From a phage, in the NCBI GenBank assembly GCA_030980935.1, contig GCA_030980935.1_3059.1: a stretch of DNA of 64,000 bases. One strand, written 5' to 3'. This document shows, in pieces, positions 62,301 to 64,000 of this stretch; position 1 is the stretch's first letter; every line of letters starts with the position of its first letter. The notes below the pieces were generated by a model. The model worked only from the letters and a program-made list of their open reading frames with translations. It searched no databases and was not told the DNA's origin. Made by a program: the position numbers and the translations under genes.

Positions 62301-62592
62301 TTTTTCCACTGAACCAAGCGCTCACTGCTTTCTTAGTCTCAGGAGCAGTGTTATCCATAAACCATTCAAAAGCAGCCTTTTTATGATTCTGGAGGGCTTC
62401 TCGGGCTTTAATCTGCTCACGGTCTATTAACACTAACATATGAGCCTTTCTTGTCACCAAGGGCTTCTTATGATTTTTTGAATACTCCCAATCATTTGTC
62501 CATCGCATCGTTGTTGCGAACTGAAATACTGCTTCTTTAATTTTAGTTTCGTAAATTTCACGAGCCTTTGAGTATAACATCATTACCTCCAT
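62278..62592 (-). CDS. Hypothetical protein (104 aa)
   Basis: Track ORF. Confidence 0.5.
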   Translation of the reverse strand: MEVMMLYSKAREIYETKIKEAVFQFATTMRWTNDWEYSKNHKKPLVTRKAHMLVLIDREQIKAREALQNHKKAAFEWFMDNTAPETKKAVSAWFSGKNCERSFF

Positions 62593-62681
62593 TTACCAGT
62601 TTAATTCTAGTCATCTTTTTGATGGCAGTCCATATAATCTATTTCTGAACTGCCTTTTTGTCATAGAAGTCCTCTTATGAA

Positions 62682-63650
62682 TTATTTCAGAAGAGTAACC
62701 TCAGCGATTTCTTCCCAACCGTTTTTGTCGGTCATAATAAAGTCAGCAAGATAAAGAGCAGTACGCAGTGAAACATTGCGTAAACGATTAACATTGACTT
62801 TCATCCATGATAATGCTTTATAAGTTTCTTCATCAGAAAGACCGCGTTTTTGCATCATGTCAGTTGAAAGAATAACATCTTCAACCCTGACCATAATTTC
62901 TTCATTAGTGTGAACACCCAAATCCAAATAAACTGAGCGGGACACTAATGCTTGTAAATGTGGAGCAAGTTTAGTACCACGGTCTAATTCGCGGTCAATA
63001 TCAACGTTTGTGATAAAAACAATCGTTCCTTTAAATTCAAACTCACGCTCAATGCCTTTTTCTTCTAAGTAAGAAGATGCAGTGCTCCAGCAGACTTTAC
63101 GGGTCTCTCCAGTGTCCAGAGCAGCTTTCAGAAGATTAAGAATGTCCATATCAGAGAAAACATCCACATCATCAATCAAAAGGACAGAATTCTCTTCACG
63201 ATTATTCCAAAGCTGTTCATAAAGACCAATACCAGAGATTTTACCATTAATGCTTTTATACTCAATGTATCCAATATCATTTGCTTTATTTAAAGCTTTA
63301 TCTAAAGAATACGTTTTACCAATACCTGCTGCTCCCGAGATAATTAATGAACGAATGTTTCCGTTAATAATACCATTCGTCATCATTCCCATAACATTAA
63401 ATCTTTTATTAATGCGGGTTTTCATATCTTCATACGATTCTTTAACTTCTTCAACTTTTACACCATCATATGAAATGTCTGATTTGTAAACCCAAACACC
63501 GCGACGCTTACCGTCAATTTCAACAAAAACTTTACCATCTCCTTGTGCATCTACCGGAGCATTATCTGGGAACCATTCGCCTAAGAGCTCAAAAGTTCCA
63601 GAGATTTCTTTGCCAAAGTAGATACCCTTATTGATAGTTACAGTTTTCAT
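62682..63650 (-). CDS. P-loop ATPase (AAA-like), 322 aa
   Basis: Walker A GAAGIGKT and Walker B LLIDDVD. Confidence 0.6.
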   Translation of the reverse strand: MKTVTINKGIYFGKEISGTFELLGEWFPDNAPVDAQGDGKVFVEIDGKRRGVWVYKSDISYDGVKVEEVKESYEDMKTRINKRFNVMGMMTNGIINGNIRSLIISGAAGIGKTYSLDKALNKANDIGYIEYKSINGKISGIGLYEQLWNNREENSVLLIDDVDVFSDMDILNLLKAALDTGETRKVCWSTASSYLEEKGIEREFEFKGTIVFITNVDIDRELDRGTKLAPHLQALVSRSVYLDLGVHTNEEIMVRVEDVILSTDMMQKRGLSDEETYKALSWMKVNVNRLRNVSLRTALYLADFIMTDKNGWEEIAEVTLLK

Positions 63651-63707
63651 TTTATTCTCCTTTGATTTGATAGGACTACTATAACATAGTCCTATCAGTT
63701 TGTATAC

Positions 63708-63908
63708 TTATTTTGACATTTCTTCGATGTCACGACGATACCCGTCACGAACTTCACGAAGAGCTTCAAGGCCACACATAGGCTCGATACCAGTAATGTG
63801 AACTTGATTAATCTGATACTCTACATCTTCTAACTGAGCGAAAACATAACGACGTTCAGCTGCACAACCAGATTTAGCTTTACCGAAACGTTTATTCAAA
63901 GTAGTCAT
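63708..63908 (-). CDS. Hypothetical protein (66 aa)
   Basis: Track ORF; early promoter-like sequence upstream at window end. Confidence 0.45.
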   Translation of the reverse strand: MTTLNKRFGKAKSGCAAERRYVFAQLEDVEYQINQVHITGIEPMCGLEALREVRDGYRRDIEEMSK

Positions 63909-64000
63909 TTTGTATCTCCAATTTACTCATTTGTTTTGATAGGTCTATAGTATCAACAACTACAGACCATGTAAACCGTTTTATGAAAAATTTTTGAAAT

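Overview
This window reads as a contiguous segment of a T4-like (T-even, Tevenvirinae) phage genome. It opens with the late tail-fibre module on the + strand: the 3' end of gene 37 (open from base 1), gene 38 and holin t. Everything after that is a long minus-strand array of early/middle genes in T4 order: asiA, arn, motA, 52, ac, stp, ndd, denB, rIIB, rIIA, 39, motB, dexA, dda, srd, modA, modB, soc, 56, dam, 61, sp, dmd, 41, 40, uvsX, 42, imm, 43, regA, 62, 44, 45, rpbA, 46, 47, alpha-gt, 55, nrdH, nrdG, nrdD, 49, nrdC, then a block of unknown-function ORFs. Identifications rest on reading the translated ORFs (sizes, motifs, remembered T4 sequences); no database search was run. Regulatory punctuation is dense: repeated T4 early-promoter cassettes (GTTTAC -35, TGGTAtaAT-like -10) and many UUCG/CGAA tetraloop hairpins after genes. 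No tRNA, rRNA, CRISPR array, intron or homing endonuclease was detected. Best candidates for something new: a PD-(D/E)xK-like ORF coupled to dam, a DxD-type glycosyltransferase at the locus where T4 carries beta-gt, and a tandem array of four coiled-coil proteins after nrdC.
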